In this document: in pieces, positions 1 to 10,130 of the stretch
How the letters are laid out: each line of letters begins with the position of its first letter
Position numbering within the stretch: the stretch's first letter is position 1
Virus record (IMG/VR): IMGVR_UViG_3300020044_001268
Coordinates: 1 to 28,967 of that record
From: a virus
Taxonomy: Duplodnaviria > Caudoviricetes
Reading direction: 5' to 3' (one strand)
Length of the DNA stretch: 28,967 nt
Notes under the pieces: generated by a model
Seen by the model: only the letters and a program-made list of their open reading frames with translations
Databases searched by the model: none
Told to the model about the DNA's origin: nothing
Position numbers and translations under genes: made by a program

Positions 1-3000
1 AATCCAACTGAACTGCTTATAATATGTAATGGAGAAAGCGGTGTTATAGTTCCAATACCAATGTTTGTACCATCATCATAAATTACACCATTACCTAATG
101 TAGATGTTCCAGTAAACTTAGAATGATATCCACTTGTACCAGTTCCAGTTACTGGATTTGTTAATGCTGCTTGATATTGTGGAATATTTAAAGTTCCAGC
201 ACTAAATGTCGCAGCACCGCTTGTACCAGTTGTAGTTAAAGTAATTGTGCCTTGCTTAGAGTTAAATGTAGTCCAATCTGCACTTGATAAGTAACCAGCT
301 TGTGAACCAGATGCTTGTTGAATTGAAAATACACCAGTTGTGTTGTTATAAAGCAAAGGACTTGTAGCACTTAAAGATGTTAAGTTGATACCACCTAAAC
401 CAGCTAAGGTATAAGTAGGAACATTTAAAACACCAGTTGTGCTATTGTATGTTGATGCTCCGTTGTTGCCAGTAGTTGTTAAACTAATTGCACCTCTTGC
501 ACGAGCATCTGTATAGTATAAGTTTGAACCTTCTGCAATATTAGATGTTGTACCAGCTACGCTTGTCCATAAACTTGTACTTGATACATATTGTAAGATG
601 TCTCCGTTATTAGGACTTTGAGCAGATACATTGTGTAATTCATCTAACTCATATCCGTTTTGGATTCTTACTTCAATAACACCTTGAGTTGGATGAGCAC
701 GAGTTACAATGCCTACATAAACTAAATGTGCTGGAGCATATTGCTTTGTACTTGTGTAAGCACCAGCCGTTGTTGAACTTAAATACAATTGAGTTCCATC
801 CGAATAAGCAGATGTGTTCAAGTCAGTCAAAGCACCAATTACAACCACATATCCATTATTGTTATTAGTTATGTCTCCTTGAATGACACCATATGTTTGA
901 GCACTTGTTGCATCACTTGTAGCCAATGCCTTAGTTACAGTTGGTAAGTTGCCATGACCTCCGTTAATATATACAACAGTTCCTTTAGTTAAAGTTGCAC
1001 CAGTTTCGTTGTAAACTTCAGTAATTAATTTACTTGCTTGACCAATCGTTGGGAAAGTTACCAAAGAGCCATCACCCGCTACATACTGACCGCTATTACC
1101 AGCAAATCCGATGTTAATGTTTCCACTTGTAGTAACTGGACTTCCAGTTATTGTTAAAGCAGCACTTGACTCTGTAATTCCAACACTTGTAACAGTTCCA
1201 GTATATTGGTCATTACTTGTGATAGTAAAGTTTGGATAAGTTCCGCTTATTGATGTTGTACCAGCACCAGTTAAAGAAACAGTTTGGTCTGGAGCAGTAT
1301 TTGTTATTGTAAAGTTAGGATAAGCACCGCTTGTAGATATACCAGTACCACCAGATAAACTTACTGTTTGGTCTGGTGCACTATTTGTAATAACTCCAGT
1401 TGTAGAGTTGTAACTAATGCCAGTCCCAGCACTTAAAACTCCTCTTGCTCTTGCATCTGTATAATAAAGATTTGTGCCTTCGTTTATGTTTGATGTAGTC
1501 AAAGAAACCGCACCAGTAAATCCGTTTACACTTACAACTGCATCAGTATTGTCTACTTGTTGCCAAGCCGTACCGTCAAAAATTGCCCAGTCTCCGATAT
1601 TCCAATCAGTAATACCATCTAAGTTTGTAGAACCAGCAACATTTACGATGTAATACCAACCAGTTGTACCTACACCACTTGCTAATGCTGGAGTATTTGT
1701 AGATGCATTCCATGTTCCTTTATAAATTGACCCACCAATTAAACTATTTATTTGATTTTGTATTTTACCAAAAGCAGTTAAGATAGAATCTGTTGCTTGT
1801 ATTGTACCTCCAGTTATGTTTACTCCAGTTAATACTTTACCAGTAACCGCAGAGTTTACTAAAGATGGTGATGCGTATGTTCCGCTTAATTCACCACCAG
1901 CTGCTATACCTTCAATAGTTGTTAAATATGTTGAGTTATCATAGCTAATTGTTGTACCGCTAATCTTAACAAAACCAGTACCATTTAACGCAGCTTGTTT
2001 AGAATTAAAAGTAGACCAATCAGAACTTGACAAATAACCATTTTGAGACGCATTTGCAACTTGTATGCTAAAAGTACCAGTTGTGTTATCATATAGTAAA
2101 GGAGAAGAAGCACTTAAGCCAGTTAAGCTAATACCGCCCAATCCAGCTAAAGTATATGTAGGAATATTTAAAGTAGCACCAACTAATGTAGCAGAACCAT
2201 TGTTACCAGTTACGGTTAATGTTAATGCGTTTTGCTTATTGTTAAAAGTATTCCAATCAGTAGAACTTAAGTAACCATTCCCAGCAGTACCAGCTTGACT
2301 AATAGTAACATTACCACTTGCCACGCTAATAGGAGCAGTACCAGTTATAGCCGCTTGTGCTCTTGCCGTTGTAAAATATAAGTTAGTACCCTCCGTTAAA
2401 TCTGTTGTAGTCTTAGCAGCAAAAGCAGAGTTAAATCTTGCTTGAGTGTAATATAGGTTTGTGCCTTCAGCTACATCACTTGTAGTTAAAGTTACTGTTC
2501 CACCTAATGCAGTTAAATAACCATTAATGGTCATTGAATCATGCAAAAGACTTGTATTTGGTATATCGTCTAAAGCAATAATACCAGTTGTATTTGAATA
2601 TACCACACCAGAGTTAGAATCTCCGCTTATTGCAAATCTTGCTCTTTGGTTGGTAAAATATAAGTTAGTGTTTTCTGTAACTAACAATGTTGTATAGTCT
2701 CCAGATTGAGCAGTAATCGCACCAGTTCTACCAAATACAGAAGTAACTGGAGCAGTATCGTAATCTGACCAAGTAGCAGTAATTGTTCCGCCACCTTGCT
2801 CATTTAATGTTAAAGTTTTTGTAGTAGTACCAGTAACTGCCGCTGAAGTTAAGCTACGAGAATACGCAGTATCCCAATTAGCCGTATTATCTGTTAAATA
2901 AGAAATTACACCAGCAGTTGACTTAACTATTCCAGTACCGTTTAAATCGTCTTGTTTTGCATCTAATTGAGCCTGTGTTGGTATTACATATCCACTCGCT

Positions 3001-3353
3001 AAAGCTAATGCTAAAGTACCAGAAGTAGTAATAGGACTACCAGTTACAGTTAATCCAGTAGGAGTAGTCATTGCAACCGAAGTAACAGTACCAGTATATG
3101 TCTCTGTACTATTTACCCATCTTGTTCCGTTGTATATTAAAGATTGACCAGTTAACGGACCAGTAATTGTAACATCACCCAATTGTGTTAAATTGTAGTC
3201 TCCTTCTTGTGCTACTACATTACCAACCCTACCAAATACTGAATAAACATTATTAGGTAAAGGATAACCACCTTGCGGAGCTTCAATAGTTATTACCGTT
3301 GTGTCTACATTAATGTCTATTTGGTCTTGTTGTATTGTTATTTCTGTACTCAT
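1..3353 (-). CDS. Large modular tail fibre / receptor-binding protein, >1100 aa, 3' end outside the window
   Basis: Not in the ORF track because there is no stop in the window. ATG at 3353 overlaps the upstream stop (TAATG). It reads MSTEITIQQDQIDINVDTTVITIEAPQGG... open to the left edge, is G/T/S/N-rich, and carries repeated fibre motifs (EGTNLYYTxARAR, GYLSSxDWxTFNxKQ, VxSVFGRxG, YKGTWNASTNTP, NIGIGTxTP). Confidence 0.88.
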   Translation of the reverse strand, partial: MSTEITIQQDQIDINVDTTVITIEAPQGGYPLPNNVYSVFGRVGNVVAQEGDYNLTQLGDVTITGPLTGQSLIYNGTRWVNSTETYTGTVTSVAMTTPTGLTVTGSPITTSGTLALALASGYVIPTQAQLDAKQDDLNGTGIVKSTAGVISYLTDNTANWDTAYSRSLTSAAVTGTTTKTLTLNEQGGGTITATWSDYDTAPVTSVFGRTGAITAQSGDYTTLLVTENTNLYFTNQRARFAISGDSNSGVVYSNTTGIIALDDIPNTSLLHDSMTINGYLTALGGTVTLTTSDVAEGTNLYYTQARFNSAFAAKTTTDLTEGTNLYFTTARAQAAITGTAPISVASGNVTISQAGTAGNGYLSSTDWNTFNNKQNALTLTVTGNNGSATLVGATLNIPTYTLAGLGGISLTGLSASSPLLYDNTTGTFSIQVANASQNGYLSSSDWSTFNSKQAALNGTGFVKISGTTISYDNSTYLTTIEGIAAGGELSGTYASPSLVNSAVTGKVLTGVNITGGTIQATDSILTAFGKIQNQINSLIGGSIYKGTWNASTNTPALASGVGTTGWYYIVNVAGSTNLDGITDWNIGDWAIFDGTAWQQVDNTDAVVSVNGFTGAVSLTTSNINEGTNLYYTDARARGVLSAGTGISYNSTTGVITNSAPDQTVSLSGGTGISTSGAYPNFTITNTAPDQTVSLTGAGTTSISGTYPNFTITSNDQYTGTVTSVGITESSAALTITGSPVTTSGNINIGFAGNSGQYVAGDGSLVTFPTIGQASKLITEVYNETGATLTKGTVVYINGGHGNLPTVTKALATSDATSAQTYGVIQGDITNNNNGYVVVIGALTDLNTSAYSDGTQLYLSSTTAGAYTSTKQYAPAHLVYVGIVTRAHPTQGVIEVRIQNGYELDELHNVSAQSPNNGDILQYVSSTSLWTSVAGTTSNIAEGSNLYYTDARARGAISLTTTGNNGASTYNSTTGVLNVPTYTLAGLGGINLTSLSATSPLLYNNTTGVFSIQQASGSQAGYLSSADWTTFNSKQGTITLTTTGTSGAATFSAGTLNIPQYQAALTNPVTGTGTSGYHSKFTGTSTLGNGVIYDDGTNIGIGTITPLSPLHIISSSVG
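1212..1379 (-). repeat. Two tandem 84-bp (28-aa) repeats within the fibre gene
   Basis: APDQTVSLSGGTGISTSGAYPNFTITNT followed by APDQTVSLTGAGTTSISGTYPNFTITS; the repeat starts are at 1379 and 1295. Confidence 0.85.
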
Positions 3354-3718
3354 TAGATTTGTGTTATATCTTGATAAACTACGAATGTTCCCCAAATATA
3401 AGTTTTAGTAAAGTCGTCTGGGAATACTACTGTCATATCATAAACATAATTTCCAGCATCAATTGTTATAGGAAAATCAATCGTAATTAAGTTATTATTT
3501 ACCCCACCAATTGTAATGCCGTTTCCATCACTATCTAAAGTTGCAGAAACAGTAGTAGACTTTATGCTTGGTCTAATTTGAATTTCACAATAAGCACCAG
3601 TCAAATTGATAGCTACCTCGTTTGCAAATAAAGCAAATGTTTGAGCCCAGTTATCATCTTTCCAAATTTGGATATTATATGTTGCTGGTCTTAAGTCAGC
3701 ACTATTATTACAAGACAT
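3353..3718 (-). CDS. Putative tail/baseplate adaptor protein (BppU-N-like beta protein)
   Basis: 121 aa, beta-rich (INLTGAYCEIQIR...GNYVYDMTV...YIWGTF), directly upstream of the fibre gene; family assignment is by resemblance only. Confidence 0.6.
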   Translation of the reverse strand: MSCNNSADLRPATYNIQIWKDDNWAQTFALFANEVAINLTGAYCEIQIRPSIKSTTVSATLDSDGNGITIGGVNNNLITIDFPITIDAGNYVYDMTVVFPDDFTKTYIWGTFVVYQDITQI

Positions 3719-3734
3719 AAAAAAGATATTTTTA

Positions 3735-3742
3735 CAAATTTA
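3735..3742 (-). promoter_or_regulatory. Bacteroidota-type -7 promoter box TAAATTTG
   Basis: Matches TAnnTTTG; intergenic, 16 nt upstream of the ATG at 3718. Confidence 0.6.
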
Positions 3743-3760
3743 CTAATTTAAGTCTATATG

Positions 3761-4255
3761 CTAACAAGCTACTGGTAAGTTATTTATTGTAGAAGAAGTT
3801 AAGTTAAATCTGGCTCTAAACCCAGCACCAGTATTGCCAAATGCTCTGTAATGTAAAAATGCTCCAGTATATCCACTCATTGGGAATATAGTAGTAAAAT
3901 TATAATCTGCATAAAATGTTGTACCGGCAACTGGAGTAGCCGTATTTGTCCAAGCTATTGTTGTAACATCTAAAAACAAAGCACAAGCATCAACGAAAAC
4001 GGTTTCTCCATTATCAGATATATTCCATTTGTAAACGCCAGTCTTAGCTACTAAGTCAGATTTTACTGGTAACTGATTTGTTGCTTTTGATGTGATTGCG
4101 TTTATAACTACATACTGCTCGGCTTCGGCTCTTGTTATCTGTTTTGAACCCGGAGGAACTGCCGCCTCTGCTCCCATAAACACGCCAGTAGTAACTGCAT
4201 CTTTTAAGTTATCCCAGCTTATACATTGATTACTTGCTATACTTGCCCAACTCAT
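3761..4255 (-). CDS. Hypothetical tail-associated protein
   Basis: 164-aa ORF overlapping the end of the S74 fibre gene, within the tail module. Confidence 0.6.
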   Translation of the reverse strand: MSWASIASNQCISWDNLKDAVTTGVFMGAEAAVPPGSKQITRAEAEQYVVINAITSKATNQLPVKSDLVAKTGVYKWNISDNGETVFVDACALFLDVTTIAWTNTATPVAGTTFYADYNFTTIFPMSGYTGAFLHYRAFGNTGAGFRARFNLTSSTINNLPVAC

Positions 4256-5474
4256 TCTTTAATGCTTTTAATTCATTTTCTAAATATTGAACCTTAGCTA
4301 CTAAAACTTGATTGTATGCAACCGCTAAAAAACCGTCTTTACCTTCGGTTACTGCATAAGGCATAATCTCTTGTACCTCTTGTGCGTAATATCCAGCCTC
4401 AATTTTTCCGTCTTTCTCGTAAAGGTATGTTTGTATATCTTGAACGCTTTTAGGGGCGTAATTAGCCTCTATTTGCTTTTTAAGGCGTTTATCTGATGAC
4501 TCAAAGAAACCGGTAGCCGTCAAAGTACCAGATAATGTACCCCCAGTTAAGGGTAAGTATGTACTTGCAGCAGATGAAGTCGTTAAATATGTACTATTGT
4601 CATATGATACGCTTGTACCACTAACTTTTACAAAGCCAGTTCCATTTAGTTGGTTTTGCTTACCGTTAAATGTATTAAAATCTGTACTTGATAAATAACC
4701 ATTTGAACCAGACCCAGCTTGACTAATGCTAAATACCCCAGTTCCGCTATTATATGCTAAAGGAGCAGTAGCCGAAAAATAACCAGCTGCTACATAAGTA
4801 GGAGTAAAGTTAATCCATGTACCAGTTTGATATCTTAATAATTGACCATTAGACGGACTTGTTATGCTTACATTTGATAAATCATTCAAAGATGGTGCAG
4901 GAGGAGTTGACCATACTAAATCACCTCTCAAATATTGTGAGGTTGTACCAGTTCCTAAAGATGCTTGTTTTGCAGCAAAATAGTTATAATCAGCAGCCGT
5001 TAAATATCCAGCCGTTCCACTATCTGCCGCTAATAAAGTATATCTACCAGTTGAACTATTATAAGTCAAAGCAGAACCAACATTGGCACTAAATGCTGCC
5101 CTTGCTCTTGTATTTGTGTAATATAAATTTGTTGAACCCTCAGTAACTAAATCTGTATTGTAATCACCACTAACTGCTACTACTGCTCCAGTACGACCAA
5201 AAACAGAAGAAACCGCACCAGAACCACTTGAATAAATTGGAATATTCAAAACTCCAGTACCACTATTATAAGTTGCCGCACCACTTGTACCGGTTGTGGT
5301 CAATGTCAAAGCAGTGCCTCCAGATGCAGATAAAGTTGTACCAGTTAAAGTTAAACCGCTTCCAATAGATATTTTAAATAAGTCTCCTAAATTATCTGCT
5401 CCAGTAATTACATTACCAGAACCACCCATAAAGGCAAGACTTGCAGACCCAGTTACTTGTAATTGATGTGCCAT
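4230..5474 (-). CDS. Tail fibre/spike with C-terminal intramolecular chaperone (peptidase S74-like)
   Basis: G/T/S-rich repeats followed by FFES-SDKRLK...GYYAQEVQEIMPYAV...LAVAYNQ and a terminal coiled coil, the typical autocleaved chaperone signature. Confidence 0.85.
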   Translation of the reverse strand: MAHQLQVTGSASLAFMGGSGNVITGADNLGDLFKISIGSGLTLTGTTLSASGGTALTLTTTGTSGAATYNSGTGVLNIPIYSSGSGAVSSVFGRTGAVVAVSGDYNTDLVTEGSTNLYYTNTRARAAFSANVGSALTYNSSTGRYTLLAADSGTAGYLTAADYNYFAAKQASLGTGTTSQYLRGDLVWSTPPAPSLNDLSNVSITSPSNGQLLRYQTGTWINFTPTYVAAGYFSATAPLAYNSGTGVFSISQAGSGSNGYLSSTDFNTFNGKQNQLNGTGFVKVSGTSVSYDNSTYLTTSSAASTYLPLTGGTLSGTLTATGFFESSDKRLKKQIEANYAPKSVQDIQTYLYEKDGKIEAGYYAQEVQEIMPYAVTEGKDGFLAVAYNQVLVAKVQYLENELKALKNELGKYSK

Positions 5475-5476
5475 AA

Positions 5477-6166
5477 TTAATTAAATAAACCTCTTACAAA
5501 TTCATCAGCTTCTAATGCTCTTCCAAATGTTACAACTCCAGTTAATGTATTAAATTTTACTTGCTCACTTGAAGGAGAACCGCTTGTGATAATATCTCTT
5601 ACATCTATTCCGCCTCTTGATACATAAAGGCACTCTTTACCAATCATATCTGTCCAAGTGATTGTAGTTTCTCCACCAGTCGCAGTATATTGTTTATTGT
5701 AAACTTGACCCTCTCTAATAATTACACCGCCCGGAGTTATTTGCGTACCAGCAACTCCATAAGCACCGCTACCTTGAAGTGTTACGCTATATGTCGCCAC
5801 ATCTTTATAAGGTGCGTTTAATTGTAAACTTGTTAGATTGCAAGTACCACTAATAACTACTAATCCGTCAACCCCATTATCAATTGCAAAATCAATAATT
5901 ATAGGAGTTCTGTCTAATTGTAAATCTAATAATGCTAAATAGTTATATTCGTTGTTCAATGCTACTAAACCTTCACAAGTAACTTGCCAACTTGCTACAT
6001 CGTTTTTATATTCTCTAAACCAAGCACTACTTTGAGATGTAACCTCTAATTGCTCGACATTTACGCTGAATGTACAATTAGTAGAACATGCAAACGGTAT
6101 ATCTTCATAAGGGTCAACCGATGTGTTCCTTTTATATAGTATGATATTATTTCCTATTACTGCCAT
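5477..6166 (-). CDS. Second tail-tube-like protein (TP901-1-type) with C-terminal extension
   Basis: FACSTNCTFSVNVEQLEVTS...WQVTCEG...ATYSVTLQGSG resembles TP901-1-family tube proteins; about 85 extra C-terminal residues. Confidence 0.65.
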   Translation of the reverse strand: MAVIGNNIILYKRNTSVDPYEDIPFACSTNCTFSVNVEQLEVTSQSSAWFREYKNDVASWQVTCEGLVALNNEYNYLALLDLQLDRTPIIIDFAIDNGVDGLVVISGTCNLTSLQLNAPYKDVATYSVTLQGSGAYGVAGTQITPGGVIIREGQVYNKQYTATGGETTITWTDMIGKECLYVSRGGIDVRDIITSGSPSSEQVKFNTLTGVVTFGRALEADEFVRGLFN

Positions 6167-6170
6167 AACT

Positions 6171-6178
6171 CAAAGTTA
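6171..6178 (-). promoter_or_regulatory. -7 promoter box TAACTTTG, 4 nt before ATG
   Basis: Minus strand reads TAACTTTG-AGTT-ATG (start 6166). Confidence 0.65.
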
Positions 6179-6187
6179 ATTTATTTA

Positions 6188-8128
6188 TTAAAAGCTACTT
6201 GATTGAGTACCATATATATTTACTCTTGTACATTCAATTTCCTCATTACTAATTTGTAATAAAGTTGATTGTATTTGATTGCTTGGGTAATTTATAGTAG
6301 AATTTCCTAACATATAAGATTTTGTGCTAACATTAATACTCGCTGGGTCTGTATCATCAGCAAATAATAGTTTAGATGCATCAAAAGCTGGATATGTCGC
6401 ATTTGCAGTATAAAAACTGCTCAATTCACAATCTATATTTATGATGTTTTGACCATAAATATTAATATACTGTTGCACTAATAATTCAGACATTGTAGCA
6501 AAAGCATTAGGAGAATCTATGCCATATCTATACCAACCAGTTGCAATTGAGTTATTACTTAATAGCAAAGAACCATTAGCACTTGGGTAATAATCAACAG
6601 AGCCGTTATTTCCATAAGGAAACTCTACTGTATTAGAATATTGCTCAGTTTCTATAATTGTACCAGTCAAATTATAATCAGATAAAATAGATTTAATCTG
6701 TAATACAAAATTTGTAAGTGTAACAAAGTTAACCGCACCATCACCTAAAGTATATTTAAAACTCATTACACCATCAATAGGGAAAGGAGCAGTAGTTAAA
6801 TTTAATGTAAATTCCTCAGCAGCTCCAGTAGTTTTAGGATTATAAACTGCATAATTTGATGGACTTGTAACCCATTCTTTGCTATTGTTTAAATAATATG
6901 TTGAACTTGTACCTACTATACTTATTTCTATATTACCTATAACATCAGTAGTTGATGGTGCACCTATTAATATGTTTACTTTTAATGTATCATTGATAGA
7001 AACATAAGGTCTTGAATAATCCACTATTTCAACAGAACATAAGTCAGCACCCGGAGTTCCAACATGCAATAATTCAAAATAATAATAATCAAATGTTGTA
7101 TTTCTTTGTAATGATACAGATGAACCTCCACTTGCATTTCTTACCCAGAATGTAGCATCTGTTCCATCATTTAATTGCAAGTCTCCATTACTAATATAGT
7201 TTTTTGATATTGTTATATCACCATTTGCAATAATCTTATAAAATCCTTTCTTTAATAACTTAAATTGGCTATTATTAATAAAAAACAAATCACTTGTATT
7301 GTTTTCGTATGCCTCTATTATGCTTGATGTATTAATTCTATTCCCGTCTCCATTGTCTACTCTTAATCCAGTATTACCGTTGTATTCTGTATAGTATGCG
7401 TTTGTATCTGCAAATTCATTAATAGAAACAATCCACCACTTTCCCTTTGCTTGGAATATTCTACATCCGAACGATTTTGCTATATTGTATAACACATCGT
7501 AAGCTGACATAAAATTGTATTCATCCTTTAAGAATGCTCTGTAATTTATATATGTTTGAACAAATGTATCTCTCCAAGAGTTAACGCTTCTATTAGACAT
7601 ACCAGTTGCATAATAAGAACACATTGTTATATAGTTCAAGTTATCTTTTAATTGAACTTGTGCTAATGCAGTTCTCATAACTCTTGTAAGTTCTACCGAT
7701 TGATTTACTCCGCCCCATGTACTCTCTGGTTGATAAGGAATATACTTTAACATTGCTAAACCATCGGTAGCGTTAAAGAATAATATTTTATTACCAGTAG
7801 AATAAGTTATTTGTACATTATCACTAATAATAAAACCAACCCAGTTTTTAACACCATTTATATATAATTCTACAAAGTTGTATCTATCATTAATATTTGT
7901 AAAATCAATAATATTATTTAACTCATCTGTAAAATCTAATGATATATTTAATTGACTTGAAAATATAGGCTCAAATGGGTCATCGGAAGTAGGCAAGTAT
8001 TGTAAACTTACATCTATCCCTTGTAATGTAATTACAGAGCCAACATACCCATCTTGATATATTTTAAGCAAGACATTTTTATCTGCTCTTGTTGCAAATG
8101 TAGCTTGGTATTTTTGTCCGTATGCCAT
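6188..8128 (-). CDS. Putative tail tip / hub protein
   Basis: 646 aa, directly downstream of the tape measure gene and coupled to it (TAATG at 8126-8130). Confidence 0.65.
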   Translation of the reverse strand: MAYGQKYQATFATRADKNVLLKIYQDGYVGSVITLQGIDVSLQYLPTSDDPFEPIFSSQLNISLDFTDELNNIIDFTNINDRYNFVELYINGVKNWVGFIISDNVQITYSTGNKILFFNATDGLAMLKYIPYQPESTWGGVNQSVELTRVMRTALAQVQLKDNLNYITMCSYYATGMSNRSVNSWRDTFVQTYINYRAFLKDEYNFMSAYDVLYNIAKSFGCRIFQAKGKWWIVSINEFADTNAYYTEYNGNTGLRVDNGDGNRINTSSIIEAYENNTSDLFFINNSQFKLLKKGFYKIIANGDITISKNYISNGDLQLNDGTDATFWVRNASGGSSVSLQRNTTFDYYYFELLHVGTPGADLCSVEIVDYSRPYVSINDTLKVNILIGAPSTTDVIGNIEISIVGTSSTYYLNNSKEWVTSPSNYAVYNPKTTGAAEEFTLNLTTAPFPIDGVMSFKYTLGDGAVNFVTLTNFVLQIKSILSDYNLTGTIIETEQYSNTVEFPYGNNGSVDYYPSANGSLLLSNNSIATGWYRYGIDSPNAFATMSELLVQQYINIYGQNIINIDCELSSFYTANATYPAFDASKLLFADDTDPASINVSTKSYMLGNSTINYPSNQIQSTLLQISNEEIECTRVNIYGTQSSSF

Positions 8129-9795
8129 TAGCCTCGTCTAAATTTTAAATTATTGTTTGCTCTTTGAGTTGCCAATACTAAATCACTTCCTCTTAAAATA
8201 AACTCTCCAGTACCACCACCGCCTCTTGATGCCATTGAACCAGCACTAAAAGTAGTTTGAAGCATTCCGCTTAATTTACTTAATGGCATAACCGCTTCGC
8301 TTTCGTTACCCTCTCCTACCATTGCAAGAGTTGGTCTTGTTACAACTCCACCTTCTGCAAGTCCTAATAATCCTTTAAAAATACCACTAAATCCACCAGC
8401 AGAAGCTGCACCACCAAAACCCGGAATAATATTTAATATGGCAGTAAAAATTGCAGCCTTGATTGCAGCAGCAGCAATTTGCTTAGCTAAATCCATAAAC
8501 ATATTTCCTAACGCTTCTAAAACTGGAGTTCCTTGTTGTAAAGCATCCCACATGCCCAAAATTGAATTAGTAATAGTGGTAGAAACAGTATCAGCAAATC
8601 TTAATGCTTTTTCATTCATATCATCAAAATTCTTTTTATTATCTTCAAAGAATTTATCCATTTCCTCCATTCCACCTTGAAAAGATAATTTGCTTTGTGG
8701 TTTATCTTTTTTACCAAATGTATCTCCTAATATATTTTTATAACCTTCTTGATATAAGCCTAACTTTTTATTTTCTTCTCTTATTTGTTTTTCAATGTCT
8801 GCATCGTATAAAGAAACATCTTCAAACTTTAATTTAGATTTTTTTGGTTTTTTATCTGGTCTTGAGATATCTGCTGCTCCAAATACATTAGCTAAAGCCG
8901 TTTGTAATTTATTTGATTCTTCAGTATATCTTTTTCTAATTTGGTCAAATATTCCAATTTGGTCATTTAACCCATTTTGTAAAGCTAATTTTGATTCTGC
9001 TGCTGAAACCCCAATTAATGCTGGGTTACCAAATATTGCCGCTAAATATGAACCAGTTTCTGGAGTTACTGGCTTATTTTTTAATAATTCTAATTCAATT
9101 TGTTTTTTTGCCGCTTCTGCTGCTGCTAAATTTGCTACTGACTTTTTAAATGTCATTTGAACATATGTATCAGAATAGCTTGTTAAAAACTTTTCCGCAG
9201 TAGCTAAATCATTAGTTTCTTTTATTGTATCACCTAATGTAGAATTAAACTCTTTTAAAAACTTATCTTTTGTAACTAAGCCATTTTGATAATCATCAAA
9301 ACTATCTTTAAGTTTTGTTATATCAGTTGATGCCTTAACATAAGATTCAGAACTTTTTTGTAATAATTGATTTTCTTTATTAAAAGCATCACCTAATCCA
9401 GATAATTTATTCGTAATAAAATCACTTATATCATCACCAAATCTAATAAGCAAAGCAGACACAACGCCTAAGGCTAAACCAATACCAGCTGGACCAGTTA
9501 AAGCTGCTCCCAATTCTTTTGATAAAGATGTACCAGCCTTTTTTGATTGTTCAGATAATCTTTGGAATGATTCTAATAATGGGTTTAAGTTATTCGCTAT
9601 ACCAATAAATCCATATGGAGCATCTTGTGCTACTCTTGATAAGTTTACTAAAGATTGAGTTGCCGCACCACTTGCTTGAGGTAATTTGCCTAAAGAATTA
9701 CCTAAATTATTAGTTGAAGTAATTGTTTGATTTATATTAGTTATCGCTTCTTTATTATCAGCGGTAATCGTAATTTTAAGCGTTTCTTGTGCCAT
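8128..9795 (-). CDS. Tail tape measure protein
   Basis: Ala/Leu-rich and helical, with AQDAPYGFIGIANNL near the N-terminus and AEGGVVTRPTLAMVGEG-E near the C-terminus; follows the tail chaperone pair. Confidence 0.88.
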   Translation of the reverse strand: MAQETLKITITADNKEAITNINQTITSTNNLGNSLGKLPQASGAATQSLVNLSRVAQDAPYGFIGIANNLNPLLESFQRLSEQSKKAGTSLSKELGAALTGPAGIGLALGVVSALLIRFGDDISDFITNKLSGLGDAFNKENQLLQKSSESYVKASTDITKLKDSFDDYQNGLVTKDKFLKEFNSTLGDTIKETNDLATAEKFLTSYSDTYVQMTFKKSVANLAAAEAAKKQIELELLKNKPVTPETGSYLAAIFGNPALIGVSAAESKLALQNGLNDQIGIFDQIRKRYTEESNKLQTALANVFGAADISRPDKKPKKSKLKFEDVSLYDADIEKQIREENKKLGLYQEGYKNILGDTFGKKDKPQSKLSFQGGMEEMDKFFEDNKKNFDDMNEKALRFADTVSTTITNSILGMWDALQQGTPVLEALGNMFMDLAKQIAAAAIKAAIFTAILNIIPGFGGAASAGGFSGIFKGLLGLAEGGVVTRPTLAMVGEGNESEAVMPLSKLSGMLQTTFSAGSMASRGGGGTGEFILRGSDLVLATQRANNNLKFRRG

Positions 9796-9797
9796 CT

Positions 9798-10130
9798 TTA
9801 TTTATTTACTCCATACATTTTTAAAGTCCTTGCTAATTGGTCATCTGTTAGCATTACCTTTTCCTCATTTGGTTCGTTATCATCAATTTCTGGAATGTGC
9901 CAAAAAGATTTTAACGATTTAGGAGATTTTTCAGCAGTGCTACTTAGATATACAATATAGGCGAGGTTTCGTGTCCTCGCCCATTCGTTTAATTCTTGGC
10001 CTTCCTTCCCCATAACAATTATTGAAAAGTCCTTCCAAGTCATCTCCCAAAACTCGCTTGGGCGTATATTACATTCAGCAGCCTTAACTAAAATATCATC
10101 CCAGTTTAGCTTTATTAGACTTTTTTTTTT
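9798..10130 (-). CDS. Tail assembly chaperone, frameshift (gpT-like) portion
   Basis: IRPSEFWEMTWKDF motif typical of gpT-like segments; the open frame overlaps the end of the gpG-like gene at an A10 run (10121-10130). Confidence 0.7.
   Translation of the reverse strand, partial: KKKSLIKLNWDDILVKAAECNIRPSEFWEMTWKDFSIIVMGKEGQELNEWARTRNLAYIVYLSSTAEKSPKSLKSFWHIPEIDDNEPNEEKVMLTDDQLARTLKMYGVNK

Noticed and set aside
1-5474. Diversity-generating retroelement template/variable repeats in the fibre genes
   Set aside because: The repeats are in-frame protein modules diverged at all bases rather than only at adenines, and no reverse transcriptase is in the window.
9960-9981. GGCGAGG/CCTCGCC hairpin as a frameshift stimulator or terminator
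   Set aside because: It lies about 140 nt downstream of the A10 site, too far for a classic stimulator, is inside coding sequence and has no U-tail.
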